Positions 20,388 through 31,546 of a stretch of 64,000 bases of DNA are shown here, in pieces. The position numbers and the translations under genes were made by a program. Position 1 is the stretch's first letter. Every line of letters starts with the position of its first letter. The DNA is from an uncultured Rivularia sp. (lineage in GTDB: Bacteria > Cyanobacteriota > Cyanobacteriia > Cyanobacteriales > Nostocaceae), in NCBI GenBank assembly GCA_963665115.1, contig OY762007.1, forward strand, positions 1,312,001 to 1,376,000, given 5' to 3'. The notes under the pieces are model-generated. The model made no database searches. It was not told where the DNA came from and worked only from the letters and a program-made list of their open reading frames with translations.

Positions 20388-20465
20388 GTGTGTGAGGAGC
20401 AAGTGATAAACAGAAAGCGTTTGGGGTGGAAACACGGCAACACTCCCGAACGCTTTTTGTCTTTT
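20388..20465 (+). ncRNA. yfr2: Yfr2-family small RNA, copy 2
   Basis: Same 5' motif and identical loop; stem aaagcgtttgggg…tcccgaacgcttt with pairing-preserving substitutions relative to copy 1. Confidence 0.8.
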
Positions 20466-20516
20466 AAGTTACCAATTATCAATATTTATCAATATCTATA
20501 ACTCTTAACTATTTCT

Positions 20517-20861
20517 TCAATCTTCATCCAAAGCGGGGAAAGATTCCTCAATAAGCCATAATCTTTCTTTATTCTCGACAAACCAGACGCGAGTTTCGGG
20601 AGTTAATTTTTTCCAAATTTGGTCTACAGGTGCATGAGGAGATGAGTATTGAAACTCTTTACCAAGTAATTCCAGATTTTCGGCGACATTATCGGGAATA
20701 CCAAATTCATTCCAATCAATTTTTGGTTCAACTCCAGTAACTCCTTTACCTGGATCGTAAACTAGTTGTGCAGCCCGAATTAAGTCAGCAAAGTGTACTG
20801 GCTTTAACTTGTACAACTCCTCGATTCGGGGTGCTTCGCTATTATTTTGAAACATAGCCAC
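20517..20861 (-). CDS. Hypothetical acidic protein
   Basis: 114-aa ORF with protein-like composition; no motif recognised. Confidence 0.7.
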   Translation of the reverse strand: MAMFQNNSEAPRIEELYKLKPVHFADLIRAAQLVYDPGKGVTGVEPKIDWNEFGIPDNVAENLELLGKEFQYSSPHAPVDQIWKKLTPETRVWFVENKERLWLIEESFPALDED

Positions 20862-21043
20862 TAATAATGCTGTGAATATTTACCGTTGTATCTATAAGAC
20901 TTACTGCCAGAGTTCCGTAATCAATACATTTATATTTTATTCTAGAAAAATTATATTTAATTAACTGATAGAATAACCACTATTTTAGGGAATCATAATT
21001 TTATATCTTGTATATATTGCTGGCTGCTTGGATGGGGTGATTT

Positions 21044-21301
21044 ATGCCTTTCTTTTTAATCTTTATAATAATTGCGATTATTTTAACGTTATTAATAAAC
21101 AAAAACCGTCATCGTGGGAGTAACAGATATCATCCTGGTAAATCCAATAAAGGATGTAAACCACTTCGACGTAAATTATTAAATCTCGTACATCGCGATA
21201 CAGCAGATAGATTAATCAGTTCAGCAAAACGTCAGCATCCCGGAAAATCGGAACGCTGGTATTTAGAAAAGGTGATTTACGATTTACAGCGCGGACGTTA
21301 A
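21044..21301 (+). CDS. Small membrane-anchored basic hypothetical protein
   Basis: N-terminal TM helix; HPGKSERWYLEKVIYDL tail. Confidence 0.7.
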   Translation: MPFFLIFIIIAIILTLLINKNRHRGSNRYHPGKSNKGCKPLRRKLLNLVHRDTADRLISSAKRQHPGKSERWYLEKVIYDLQRGR

Positions 21302-21684
21302 GAACGTAATTGGGCTATTATCGTTTTTGGATTCCAGTAAGCGCGAGTAGTTTGAATTTTACCAGCATCGTTGATCTCTAATATCGTAATCCCTTCACAA
21401 GTAACAGCTTTCTGAGTTTTACTGACACCTCGCATCGTCCATTTGACAGCAGCTTCATTCCCCGCAATAAAAATACTATCTTTGGTTGCTTCGAGTTTTG
21501 CAAAGACGGCTTTCATTTGTCCGATAAAATCTTGAAAACCTTCATGAACTAAAGTCGGTGGCTCTCCAACTGGATCGTAACTCAAAGCATCTTTAGCAAA
21601 ATTATCTACCCAGCCTTCGGCATTCATAGCTGAGATATTTTCTAAATAAGAATTGACAATACTTTCAATTTCTTCTGGCAACAT
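21298..21684 (-). CDS. NTF2/SnoaL-like (ketosteroid isomerase-like) protein
   Basis: FAKDALSYDPVG, EAAVKW, INDAGKIQTTRAYW. Confidence 0.85.
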   Translation of the reverse strand: MLPEEIESIVNSYLENISAMNAEGWVDNFAKDALSYDPVGEPPTLVHEGFQDFIGQMKAVFAKLEATKDSIFIAGNEAAVKWTMRGVSKTQKAVTCEGITILEINDAGKIQTTRAYWNPKTIIAQLRS

Positions 21685-21745
21685 AAGGATAGGTTAAAGG
21701 TCAAAGGTTAAAGTTATCTATGTAATTGCAAGAATTAACAACTAA

Positions 21746-22111
21746 TTAATCATTGTCAATCAAAACAGTTACTGCAGCTACAGCAATCAACATTTCGTCA
21801 TTTTTATCCTGCAAAACTTCGATAGCTTTTCCTTCAACCACCATTCCCCCAGATTTAACCGTAAGACTTTTACGCCCAAAAGGTAATACTGCTAATACTT
21901 CTTCTTCCCTTACCTGCTCCGGATAAGGTACGGCAATTTCAACTTCTACAATCATCTGATTTGGATCGTTCAAACCAGCAACTTCAAACACTCCGATTAA
22001 AGCATTATTCGCGATCGCATTTCTCACGGCTCTTGCAGCAGCAACGGTTGGTTCCTGCCCGTGCTGATCTATACCCATTCCCATTTCCACAATAAATCGT
22101 TTGCGTGGCAT
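21746..22111 (-). CDS. Lin0512 family protein
   Basis: RFIVEMGMGIDQHGQEPTVAAARAVRNAI, LPFG. ATG at 22111 preferred. Confidence 0.85.
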   Translation of the reverse strand: MPRKRFIVEMGMGIDQHGQEPTVAAARAVRNAIANNALIGVFEVAGLNDPNQMIVEVEIAVPYPEQVREEEVLAVLPFGRKSLTVKSGGMVVEGKAIEVLQDKNDEMLIAVAAVTVLIDND

Positions 22112-22606
22112 AACTATCCCCGATAACTTCAGTCCCATCTGTACTGTAGCGGTTTAAGTACCTCGCGGGAAACTGTAGAGAAGTTTTAATAATAGCTAAG
22201 TAAGCAATACAAGATTGATTATGATGATTCCCATTCCCCGTTCCCTATTTCCTGTTCCCTTTCATAAAAAGTAAAAGGCAAAAAGTAAAAGTAATGGGAG
22301 ATGTGTTCTACTTTAACCTTTTGCCTTCAGCGTTTTTGCATTGGATATTGGTCAATAATGCTACCATACTTGTTTTGAAACCATCAACTGTCAAAAATTT
22401 CTTAGAAGCTGAGAATTTATGCTGATTCGAGGGCGATTACCATTATTCAAATTCTCTCCTTAAATATCTCTCCATATCGTTATAATTTTCTTCACTTAGC
22501 TCTCAAAATAGCTGCATATTGAAATAAAAGCTGAAATCGTATTTACGCATAGCCCCCCTTATGAAAAGGGGGGTTGGGGGGATCTAAATGATAATATACT
22601 CCCACT

Positions 22607-23626
22607 ATGAATATTAATCGCCGAAAATTCCTCACAACCTTGGGTTTAGCAACCATCTCTACCCAACTACCATCATTTGTTGTTCAAGCTAAAATATCTC
22701 CGAATACCATCATCAAACCACCACGTTTGAAAGTTGGTGATACAGTCGGATTAATTAGCCCTGCTGGTATCGTAGATTCCGAAGACGTTGAAGAAGCACA
22801 AAAAATATTTACAGCATTAGGTTTAAAAGTTGAACCAGGCAGACATATTTTAGATAGATACGGTTACTTAGCGGGAAAAGATAGAAATCGCGCTGGTGAT
22901 ATTAACGCTATGTTTGCTGATAAATCTGTTAACGCAATAATTGCTATGCGTGGTGGCTGGGGTGGAAATCGGATTTTACCATTACTTAAGTATAATTCTA
23001 TTCGCGCTAATCCTAAAATTATCATGGGATACAGCGATATTACATCTTTATTATTAGCAATTAGTGCCCGTAGCGGACTTGTAACTTTTCATGGTCCAGT
23101 AGCGACTTCTACTTGGAATAATTTTACTTTGAAATATGTAAAAAGTATATTATTTAATGCTCAAACGGTAGCAATGGATAATGCTTTAGTTACTAAACTT
23201 AGCCGCGAAATAATTACACCCGGTAAAGCTAAAGGTAAATTTATTGGTGGTAATTTATCGGTGATTAATTCAATGTTAGGTTCATCTTATCTACCTGCAT
23301 GGAAAGATAGTATTTTATTTATAGAAGATATCGGCGAAGATGTTTACCGTGTAGACAGGATGTTAGTTCAATTAAGAAATGCCGGAATTCTCAATCAACT
23401 ATCAGGTTTTGTATTCGGGCAATGCACCAATTGTAAGCCGGGAAAAGAACCTACATTTACTTTAATGCAGGTATTACAAGAACATATTCGTCCTTTAAAT
23501 ATTCCTGCATGGTATGGTTCGATGATTGGACATATCAGAGATAAATTTACACTTCCCATAGGTATACAAGTAGAAATTGATGCAAATACCGGGATAATAA
23601 AAATGTTGGAAGCTGCTGTTAGATAA
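22607..23626 (+). CDS. LD-carboxypeptidase (peptidase S66) with Tat signal
   Basis: NRRKFL leader; RGGWG, GYSDIT, GGNLS, IEDIGE, IGH. Confidence 0.92.
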   Translation: MNINRRKFLTTLGLATISTQLPSFVVQAKISPNTIIKPPRLKVGDTVGLISPAGIVDSEDVEEAQKIFTALGLKVEPGRHILDRYGYLAGKDRNRAGDINAMFADKSVNAIIAMRGGWGGNRILPLLKYNSIRANPKIIMGYSDITSLLLAISARSGLVTFHGPVATSTWNNFTLKYVKSILFNAQTVAMDNALVTKLSREIITPGKAKGKFIGGNLSVINSMLGSSYLPAWKDSILFIEDIGEDVYRVDRMLVQLRNAGILNQLSGFVFGQCTNCKPGKEPTFTLMQVLQEHIRPLNIPAWYGSMIGHIRDKFTLPIGIQVEIDANTGIIKMLEAAVR

Positions 23627-23644
23627 TCTTAACTCAATAGTTTT

Positions 23645-24487
23645 ATGAAATACTATAAGTATCATGCTATAGGCAACGATTATATAGTTATTAATCCCAA
23701 AGATGTTTCTCAAAATTTAACTTGCGAACAGATTACGAAAATTTGTCATAGAAATTTCGGTATTGGTTCCGATGGTATACTTTTCGGTCCTTTATTATCT
23801 GAAAAAGGAGAGTTTTTACTAAGAATATTTAATCCCGACGGTAGCGAAGCAGAGAAAAGCGGAAACGGATTAAGAATTTTTTCTCGTTACTTATGGGATA
23901 TGCAATTAGTTAAACAAGAACAATTTACTATCGAAACTAAGGGAGGTTTAGTTAAATCGACAGTTTCAGATAACGGTAAAACCGTCAGCGTCGAAATGGG
24001 AAAAGTCAGCTTTTGGAACGATAAAATACCCGTTACTGGAGAACATAGAGAAGTCATATCCGAGAATATTACAGTTGACAATAAAACCTTTACATTTTGT
24101 GCTGCAACTATCGGCAATCCTCATTGTGTAATTCCGTTGCCTGAAATTACGCCAGATTTAGCAAAGCAATATGGTTATTTAATTGAAACCAATAATATTT
24201 TTCCAAATCGCATCAACGTACAATTTATGAAAGTACTCGATCGAGAAAACATTCAATTAGAAATTTGGGAAAGAGGTGCGGGTTATACATTAGCATCGGG
24301 AAGTAGTAGCAGTGCAGCAGCAGCGGTTGCACATCGACTTGATTTGTGCGATTCCTCCATTACCGTACATATGCCAGGAGGAAATATTTTAATCGAAATT
24401 AATGAAGATTATTCGATTCAAATGACAGGCTCAGTCACAAAAGTAGCCGAAGGGATAATATCTGAAGAAATGTTTTTTGGGGAATAG
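23645..24487 (+). CDS. dapF: Diaminopimelate epimerase
   Basis: GNDY, GIGSDG, NPDGSEAEKSGNGLR, GNPH, WERGAGYTLASGS. Confidence 0.88.
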   Translation: MKYYKYHAIGNDYIVINPKDVSQNLTCEQITKICHRNFGIGSDGILFGPLLSEKGEFLLRIFNPDGSEAEKSGNGLRIFSRYLWDMQLVKQEQFTIETKGGLVKSTVSDNGKTVSVEMGKVSFWNDKIPVTGEHREVISENITVDNKTFTFCAATIGNPHCVIPLPEITPDLAKQYGYLIETNNIFPNRINVQFMKVLDRENIQLEIWERGAGYTLASGSSSSAAAAVAHRLDLCDSSITVHMPGGNILIEINEDYSIQMTGSVTKVAEGIISEEMFFGE

Positions 24488-24565
24488 GGCATTGGGAATT
24501 GGGCATTGGGCATTGGAAACTAGTACTCCACCACGTTAATTTTACGGGGGAAATTATTCGTAGTT

Positions 24566-24733
24566 GTAGGTTGGGTTAGACACGAGTAGACAATTTGAAT
24601 TGTAACAAGAATTCTTTAATCGTGTCGTAACCCAACATTGCCATTGCTACTAACCATAGTAAATGTTGGGTTACGGTGCAATATCAATTCCGAGAGCAAA
24701 AATTATCTTATCAAGACACCTAACCCAACCTAC
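24566..24733. repeat. Nested palindromic REP-like element (gtaggttgggttag…ctaacccaacctac) inside STRR tracts
   Basis: 14-bp outer inverted repeat and 14-bp inner inverted repeat (cgtaacccaacatt/aatgttgggttacg). Confidence 0.75.
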
Positions 24734-24780
24734 TATTCCCCATGCCCAATTCCTAATGCCCCATGCCCCATGCCCAATTC

Positions 24781-25662
24781 TCAATTCCCAAAATCCATCA
24801 TCGTCTGCCGATAAATATTAGGCATTCCAATATCAAAAGTCTTGCCATCAACAACTAAACCAGTCATTCCCTCAGCTTCCCTTAATTGTTCCAAACAAGA
24901 TGTCAACTGAAACTCACCCTTTTCCCGAAAATTAGTATTAATATGTTCCTCCAAAAAATCAAAAATCTTCGGAGTTAAAGCGTACAAACCAAATATACAT
25001 AAAAACTCATCTTCCCCTATTCCTTCCACCCGCAAATTTTGCCGCGCATACTCAATAGTTGGTTTTTCATAAATTTGTGTAACTTGCATTTGTGAATTAC
25101 CTTCTTGCCAAACTCCGGTAATACAGCCAGCTTTATGAATCATTTCCGCTGGTAAAGAATTCAAACCAATAACGCTTTGATTAACTTGTTCGTAAACCTG
25201 CAAAACTTGACGCGCACAAGATTGTTCGGCATCAGATGAATAAATATGATCTCCTAACATCAGCAAAAAAGGTTCATCATTAACCCATTCCTTCGCACAG
25301 AAAACCGCGTGTCCGTAGCCTTCTTGCTTATCCTGTGCCAAAAGCTTAATTTTACTACCTAAATCTTGAAGATATTTACAATATTCCCGATCGCGCTGTG
25401 AAAGCTTGTTAAAAAGTTTAGCATCGGGCAGGTTTTTAAAATAACTTTCAAACACCTCCTTATCATCCGGTTGCGTCACAATTCCAATTTCTTCGATACC
25501 CCCACTAACAGCCTCCTCCACAATCGACTGAATAACAGGTTTAGCCCTACCATCTCGATCAATTATCGGAAACAGTTCCTTCTTAACAACTTTCGTCGCC
25601 GGAAATAAGCGAGTACCAAAACCAGCAGCCGGAATTACAGCCTTCCTAATTCGATTCTTCAT
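24781..25662 (-). CDS. GalU-like sugar-phosphate nucleotidyltransferase
   Basis: KAVIPAAGFGTRLFPATK, GYGHAV, LGD, YEKP, GEFQLT, FDIG. Confidence 0.85.
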   Translation of the reverse strand: MKNRIRKAVIPAAGFGTRLFPATKVVKKELFPIIDRDGRAKPVIQSIVEEAVSGGIEEIGIVTQPDDKEVFESYFKNLPDAKLFNKLSQRDREYCKYLQDLGSKIKLLAQDKQEGYGHAVFCAKEWVNDEPFLLMLGDHIYSSDAEQSCARQVLQVYEQVNQSVIGLNSLPAEMIHKAGCITGVWQEGNSQMQVTQIYEKPTIEYARQNLRVEGIGEDEFLCIFGLYALTPKIFDFLEEHINTNFREKGEFQLTSCLEQLREAEGMTGLVVDGKTFDIGMPNIYRQTMMDFGN

Positions 25663-25671
25663 ATTTCAAAT

Positions 25672-25830
25672 TGGTAATTGGTAATTGGTAATTGGGCATT
25701 GGGCATTGGGCATTGGGCATTGGGCATAGCTAGGAGTTAGGGATTGTTTCTACCCCCTCTACCCCCTCTACCCCCTCTACCCCCTCTTCCCATCTCCCCA
25801 TCTCCCAATCTCCCCATCATCCCATCCCCT
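25672..25830. repeat. STRR tandem repeats (GGTAATT, GGGCATT, CTACCCCCT, CCCATCTCC)
   Basis: Directly visible. Confidence 0.85.
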
Positions 25831-26274
25831 AGCCATAAGCAATACCATCTTCGTAGTGATTCTACCCTGTAAAGCCTTTGTAAACTCTTATCCCAGCTTC
25901 TCAGTGAGTGTTGATAATGCTGAGCAGTTTTTAACTATGGCAGTTGACAAACTGTCACTCAGTCAATTCCCTGATAATGGTCTTAAAAGATATTCTATAT
26001 TTGTGCAAGGAGTGATACCACTTCACAACACGTTTGCTATAAGCTTATTCTCGCAATCCCTATCTATATGGGAATAGTGTCGAGTTCAAATGTTGCATCA
26101 AACAAGTGAAATGGTATAACTTTATACAGATGAGGCGTTTGGTAGGCAAAACTGTCAAGCGCTTTTCCATGTAACCGATTAGTCACAAGTTTTCAAAAAA
26201 CGAACCCAAATAAGAAACCGGAGATTTTACCCCCGGTTGTGTCAATTAATAAACCTGCACAAGTAAAACAGGGT

Positions 26275-28851
26275 TTAACCGATGACGAAGTTTACCAACT
26301 TGCCAGGTACCACAATCACTTTTTTGATGGTTTTATCTTCAATATGGCGTTGGGCAACATCTGATTCGCGGGCATACTTTTCTAATCCAGCTTTATCGAG
26401 TTGTGCTGGAACTTGTAAATCGCCACGTTTTTTACCGTTTATTTGAATCACCAAAGTTATTTCCGAAGCTATCAACGCTTCTGGATCGTGTTCAGACCAG
26501 TTTGCGGTATGTACTGAGTCATCTTTACCCAACAAATGCCATAGTTCTTCACTGATATGAGGTGCGAAGGGTGCCAGCATCAAAATTAAAGTTTGGATTC
26601 CTTCAGCATAAATAGGTGAATCTTTGCACTTAGCATCACTCAAGGAGTTACTTAACTTCATCAATTCCGAAATAGCTGTATTAAATTGATATTCGCCGTC
26701 TACATCTTCACTGACTTCTTTGATTGCAGTATGAATCGCTCTTCGTAAATCCTTCTCGATTTTGGATTTGGGATTTTTCTCTTTAGATTTTTTAGAAGAT
26801 TGTGGATTATCGACAAAATCAGTCACCAAACGCCAAACTCGGTTAAGAAAGCGGAATTGTCCTTCGACATCAGCTTCATCCCATTCCAAATCCTTTTCCG
26901 GTGGTGCTTTGAATAGAACAAACATCCGCGCCGTATCAACACCGTATTTAGCAATTACATCTTCCGGCGCAACTCCATTACCCTTAGATTTGGACATGGT
27001 AGCGTAAAGCTTTTGCAAAGGTTCGCCGGTTTCGGGGTCGCGGGGATCGGCAGGATTTACTAAACTAGAAGCAACCCATTTATCTTTACCACCCTTGTTA
27101 GGATTCATATAAGTTAAACCCTGCACCATACCTTGGGTTAACAAATGTTGGAAAGGTTCATCAAAGTTGAGTAAACCTCGATCGCGCAATACTTTGGTAA
27201 AGAAGCGCGAGTATAACAAGTGCAAAATTGCGTGTTCGATACCGCCAACGTACTGATCCACTGGCATCCAGTTGTTTACCTTAGCCGAATCAAAAACTTG
27301 CTTATCATTCTTAGCATCGGTAAACCGCAAGTAATACCACGAAGAATCAATAAAAGTATCCATCGTGTCAGTTTCCCGCTTCGCTGGTTTTTTGCAACTG
27401 GGACAATCTACATTTACCCAACTTTCCAATTGCGCTAACGGCGAACCACCACGTCCAGAAAATTCTACATTTTCGGGTAGCTGTATGGGTAAATCTTTAT
27501 CCGGTACTGGTACAGCACCGCAATCGGCACAGTGAACGATGGGAATCGGTGCCCCCCAATATCGCTGACGGGAAATCAACCAATCTCGCAAGCGATACTG
27601 TACCCGTGCCTTACCAAAACCTTGCTTTTCCGCATATTCCACAATTGCTTGTTTAGCATCAGCAGAAGACATCCCGTTGAAAAGATCGGAATTAACAATA
27701 ATTCCCGGTTCTGTATAAGCTTCTTGAGGAATTAGTACTGCGTCAGCAGCATCCGCACGGGCAACAACAACCTTGATAGGTAAATCCTTTTCTTTCGCAA
27801 ACTTAAAATCTCGCACGTCGTGGGCTGGTACACCCATCACAGCCCCAGTACCGTATTCGTAAAGCACGTAATCGGCAATCCAAATCGGAACTTCTTCCCC
27901 GGTAAACGGATTAATTACCTTACCACCTGTAGGAATACCTTTTTTAGGCTTATCTTCAGCAGTACGTTCCAACTCGCTTTGATTGCTAACTTCTTTGATA
28001 AAAGCTTCCACGGCTTCTAACTGTTCCGATGTAGTTACCTGCTTAGTTAAAGGATGCTCTGGCGCTAACACTACGTAGCTCACACCATATACAGTATCGG
28101 GTCGCGTAGTATACACGGCGATTTTTTCATCCATTCCCACAATCGGGAATTCCAAATAAGCTCCCGTGGATTTACCAATCCAGTTAGCCTGCATGGTTTT
28201 AACCCGCTCTGGCCATCCCGGCAACTTATCCAAATCGTTTAATAATTCTTCAGCATAATCAGTAATTTTGAAGAACCACTGCCGTAATAATTTACGCTCA
28301 ACAATAGCACCACTACGCCAAGAACGACCTTCACTATCAACTTGCTCGTTCGCCAATACAGTACGATCTATGGGGTCCCAATTTACTGCTGCTTCTTTTT
28401 GGTAAGCTAAACCTGCTTGGAAAAACTGCAAAAATATCCATTGCGTCCACTTGTAATAATCCGGCGAACAAGTAGCGGTTTCGCAATCCCAGTCAATAGA
28501 TAAGCCAAGACGTTTTAACTGCAAGCGCATTTGCTCAATATTTTGATAAGTCCACTTTGACGGAGGTACTCCCCGTTTAATCGCGGCATTTTCCGCCGGT
28601 AAGCCAAAAGCATCCCAACCCATAGGATGGAGTACCCAATACCCTTGCATTCGCTTGAGACGGGCAATCACATCAGTAATAGTGTAGTTACGAACGTGAC
28701 CCATATGCAGGCTACCCGACGGGTAAGGAAACATGGATAGCGCGTAAAATTTTGGCTTGTTACTATCTGTAGGCGTTTTGTCTATGCCAACTTCTGCCCA
28801 TTTATTTTGCCACTTTTGCTCAATTTCTGCTGGGTTGTATCGGGTATCCAC
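26275..28851 (-). CDS. leuS: Leucine--tRNA ligase
   Basis: [31 protein letters not shown]. Confidence 0.98.
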   Translation of the reverse strand: MDTRYNPAEIEQKWQNKWAEVGIDKTPTDSNKPKFYALSMFPYPSGSLHMGHVRNYTITDVIARLKRMQGYWVLHPMGWDAFGLPAENAAIKRGVPPSKWTYQNIEQMRLQLKRLGLSIDWDCETATCSPDYYKWTQWIFLQFFQAGLAYQKEAAVNWDPIDRTVLANEQVDSEGRSWRSGAIVERKLLRQWFFKITDYAEELLNDLDKLPGWPERVKTMQANWIGKSTGAYLEFPIVGMDEKIAVYTTRPDTVYGVSYVVLAPEHPLTKQVTTSEQLEAVEAFIKEVSNQSELERTAEDKPKKGIPTGGKVINPFTGEEVPIWIADYVLYEYGTGAVMGVPAHDVRDFKFAKEKDLPIKVVVARADAADAVLIPQEAYTEPGIIVNSDLFNGMSSADAKQAIVEYAEKQGFGKARVQYRLRDWLISRQRYWGAPIPIVHCADCGAVPVPDKDLPIQLPENVEFSGRGGSPLAQLESWVNVDCPSCKKPAKRETDTMDTFIDSSWYYLRFTDAKNDKQVFDSAKVNNWMPVDQYVGGIEHAILHLLYSRFFTKVLRDRGLLNFDEPFQHLLTQGMVQGLTYMNPNKGGKDKWVASSLVNPADPRDPETGEPLQKLYATMSKSKGNGVAPEDVIAKYGVDTARMFVLFKAPPEKDLEWDEADVEGQFRFLNRVWRLVTDFVDNPQSSKKSKEKNPKSKIEKDLRRAIHTAIKEVSEDVDGEYQFNTAISELMKLSNSLSDAKCKDSPIYAEGIQTLILMLAPFAPHISEELWHLLGKDDSVHTANWSEHDPEALIASEITLVIQINGKKRGDLQVPAQLDKAGLEKYARESDVAQRHIEDKTIKKVIVVPGKLVNFVIG

Positions 28852-29090
28852 CGGAAATACTCCTAATGCGACTTTAATGTTGTCTGATGAACTATTGTAG
28901 ATGCTGTTGGGGAGAGGGGGAGATGGGGCAGAGGAGGCAGAGGAGGCAGAGGGGGTAATTATTTTATTTATATATATATTTATTTATTTATTTATAAATT
29001 TTCTTCCTCCGCTTCCTCCGCTCTCTTCAACTCTTAACTCTTAACTCCTAACTATTTACAATTCCCAATGCCCAATCCCCGATCATCATT

Positions 29091-29522
29091 ATGTGTAAGC
29101 ACAAAAATTCTGCCTTGTTACGGGTGTTTGTTTACGGAACCCTCAAACCTGGTGAAGCAAACTATGAATGCTACTGCGCGAATCGGGTAGTTGATGCTAA
29201 AAAAGCTTGGACTCGTGGCGAACTATATGCGCTTCCCCAAGGATACCCAGCAATGACTCAAGGAAATAATTCGGTTTACGGATATTTGCTTTCATTTAAC
29301 GATTTAAAAGTTTTAAATCATCTTGATGAACTTGAAGATTACCATCCTCAAAGACTTGCTTCAGAAAATCTCTACAATCGAATGCAAGTTGAAATATTTG
29401 ATTTAGAAAGTAATTCTCTTGGTTTAGCTTGGGTTTATTTTATGAGTTCTGTAAAAGTCCGCCAACTAAAAGGCACCCCGCAAACTGATGGTTTGTGGAG
29501 TGGGAGAAGGTTGAATAGTTAG
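29091..29522 (+). CDS. Gamma-glutamylcyclotransferase (AIG2-like) family protein
   Basis: VFVYGTLKPG, YPAM, LDELE, AWVY. Confidence 0.88.
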   Translation: MCKHKNSALLRVFVYGTLKPGEANYECYCANRVVDAKKAWTRGELYALPQGYPAMTQGNNSVYGYLLSFNDLKVLNHLDELEDYHPQRLASENLYNRMQVEIFDLESNSLGLAWVYFMSSVKVRQLKGTPQTDGLWSGRRLNS

Positions 29523-29647
29523 GAGTTAGGAGTTAACAATTAGAAATACTATTTGAAATTTCTAAGCTGTTACGCACTTAATTTGTATAGTACTAGCGGG
29601 CAAGATGCCCGCACTACAATAATTTCAAGTTTTTTTTTAATACAACT

Positions 29648-29755
29648 TAGTAGTCCTTTTCATTAATTTTGATGGGTTGTAGAGACTTTATATATAACGT
29701 CTCCCAAATATAAGCGGAAAAACGAACCCGTCAAATTTAATGCAATCGAATACTA
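29648..29755. mobile_element. Degenerate MITE-like element with about 30-bp imperfect TIRs enclosing a REP-like palindrome
   Basis: tagtagtccttttcattaattttgatgggtt matches the reverse complement of aacccgtcaaatttaatgcaatcgaatacta. A related lone end lies at about 24521. Confidence 0.55.
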
Positions 29756-29905
29756 CCCAACTAAATATAAAGCAAAAGTTAAAATTACCGTTTTCTGAAG
29801 GAATTCACGCAAAAGTGCGAGTTACAAGCTCGCACTAGCATCTTTTATGGTAATTTATTTGTTAGAAGTTCTTTGACTATTAACTCCTAACTTCAAAACT
29901 AAAAG

Positions 29906-30514
29906 TTAATTAATGTAATTGTCAGAATCTAAACCTAGAGGCTGGGTTTGATTGATTGCTTCTTGAGGAAGACTTTGCGTTGCTTTAGGTATCTGTACCA
30001 GTGGTTCATTCAAAGCAACCATCGGCAATGATGCCATTTCTTCAGAAGCACTTTGCTGTGTTTGTTCTAAAGGATTGCTAGCAAATCGGAACATCCCCGG
30101 TTCGCTGTTGGGAATTAGACTCGCTAACGAACCAATAACGCAAGCAGCAACGGTAGCACCTCCGAACATCCAAGCCTTCCTGCTACGACGGCGTAACCGT
30201 GCCATTACACTATTAACTGTTTCTTGTATAGAATTTTCTGATTGCGGCACCGGAAGATTTTTCAAGCTTTGCCGCAGTGATAAAAGTCGTTTGTGCAAAC
30301 TTTGGACTGAGGGGTCATTTGCCAGCCAATCTTCTACTTGCCTGCGTTCGGCAGCAGTTACCTCACCATCAAGGTAAGCACTTAATAACTCGAAGCGATC
30401 GCGCTTCACCATATTCTTAGCACCCGTTAAATTATTGGTATTACGGTCGTTCCCATCCCGCAATTCTTTTCGACTTTGCAAGCGGGAATCGTCAAAGTGA
30501 TGTTCTGTATTCAT
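29906..30514 (-). CDS. Membrane-bound anti-sigma factor for the adjacent ECF sigma
   Basis: FELLSAYLDGEVTAAERRQVE (RseA/ZAS-like), single TM helix, downstream of the sigma gene. Start uncertain. Confidence 0.85.
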   Translation of the reverse strand: MNTEHHFDDSRLQSRKELRDGNDRNTNNLTGAKNMVKRDRFELLSAYLDGEVTAAERRQVEDWLANDPSVQSLHKRLLSLRQSLKNLPVPQSENSIQETVNSVMARLRRRSRKAWMFGGATVAACVIGSLASLIPNSEPGMFRFASNPLEQTQQSASEEMASLPMVALNEPLVQIPKATQSLPQEAINQTQPLGLDSDNYIN

Positions 30515-30829
30515 CTTAACATTATTACCAATTAATACACGGGTATATAAAGCGGGCAAGCGATCGAATTGACGAGAATGTTCTCCCAACGGCACACGCA
30601 CAAAATGTTTTTTAACAAATAGTTAATTATCGTTAATTTCAGCTATAAGAAATATTCCAACACACGATTTGATATCGAAAGAATTTGATATCAAATCTAA
30701 ACCCAGAATTTCGTATTTGTAGATAACGGGTTCCCGCAGTAGGCGGGTAGCGCATATTCTACCGCTTAATATGGTGTGTTAATAGCAGTCTGGGGGAATC
30801 CACCTGACTGTGAGGATGAACGCTGCAAT

Positions 30830-31486
30830 TTAGGACTCTACATAATTTTGTAGTTGAGTTTGCAGTCGGGATCTCGCTCTCGCAATTCTTGACTTCACCG
30901 TTCCTAGAGAAACGCCAGTCATTTCGGCGATTTCTTCGTATGCCAATCCTTCAATTTCTCGCAACACTATTGTGGTACGAAATACTTCGGGCAAATCTGC
31001 GATCGCCAAGCGTAGTTGCTCGTAAAATTCTCTTGTTGTTAGTTCTTCTTCGGGGCCGGGAGTATCGCCAGCGATTTCCCAATCCATTTCTCCATCGTCT
31101 AAGGTACGAGGAGCATCGAGTGATAAAGGACTAACAACTCGCTTGCGTTTACGTAACTCGTCATAGAACAAATTAGTAGCAATACGACTTAGCCAACCTC
31201 GGAATTTACAGGGGTCTTGCAATCGACTAATATTCCGGAAAACTCGTATCCAGACTTCCTGAGCTAAATCTGCTCGATCGGCCCAATCGGGTGCTAAGTG
31301 ATATAAAACTCTATCAACTTGCGATTGATAGCGACGCATCAGTTCTGCAAAAGCAGTACGTTCGGGACGTACTCCGGTCTGACAGCGCAAAATCAGGTCA
31401 TGGTTTGCAAGTTTATCAACTTCTACTGGTGCTTCCGGCAGTCTGGCATCGAGCGTAGACCAAGATGCAGTAATCGATTGACTCAT
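30830..31486 (-). CDS. sigG: ECF RNA polymerase sigma factor (SigG/RpoE type)
   Basis: ADLAQEVWIRV, FRGWLSRIATN, GLAYEEIAE…GTVKSRIARAR. Confidence 0.85.
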   Translation of the reverse strand: MSQSITASWSTLDARLPEAPVEVDKLANHDLILRCQTGVRPERTAFAELMRRYQSQVDRVLYHLAPDWADRADLAQEVWIRVFRNISRLQDPCKFRGWLSRIATNLFYDELRKRKRVVSPLSLDAPRTLDDGEMDWEIAGDTPGPEEELTTREFYEQLRLAIADLPEVFRTTIVLREIEGLAYEEIAEMTGVSLGTVKSRIARARSRLQTQLQNYVES

Positions 31487-31518
31487 ATATCTTACTGGCT
31501 TTAAATCATCCCTATCTA

Positions 31519-31546
31519 TTAGACCTGAAGATGTGCAGTTAGTTCC
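31519..31546 (-). promoter_or_regulatory. ECF (sigmaE-type) promoter GGAACT-N16-GTCTAA upstream of sigG
   Basis: Minus strand reads ggaact aactgcacatcttcag gtctaa, ending 33 nt before the start codon. Confidence 0.7.

Noticed and set aside
20185..20406. 73-aa ORF
   Set aside because: Starts in the MITE terminal repeat and crosses the Yfr2 promoter.
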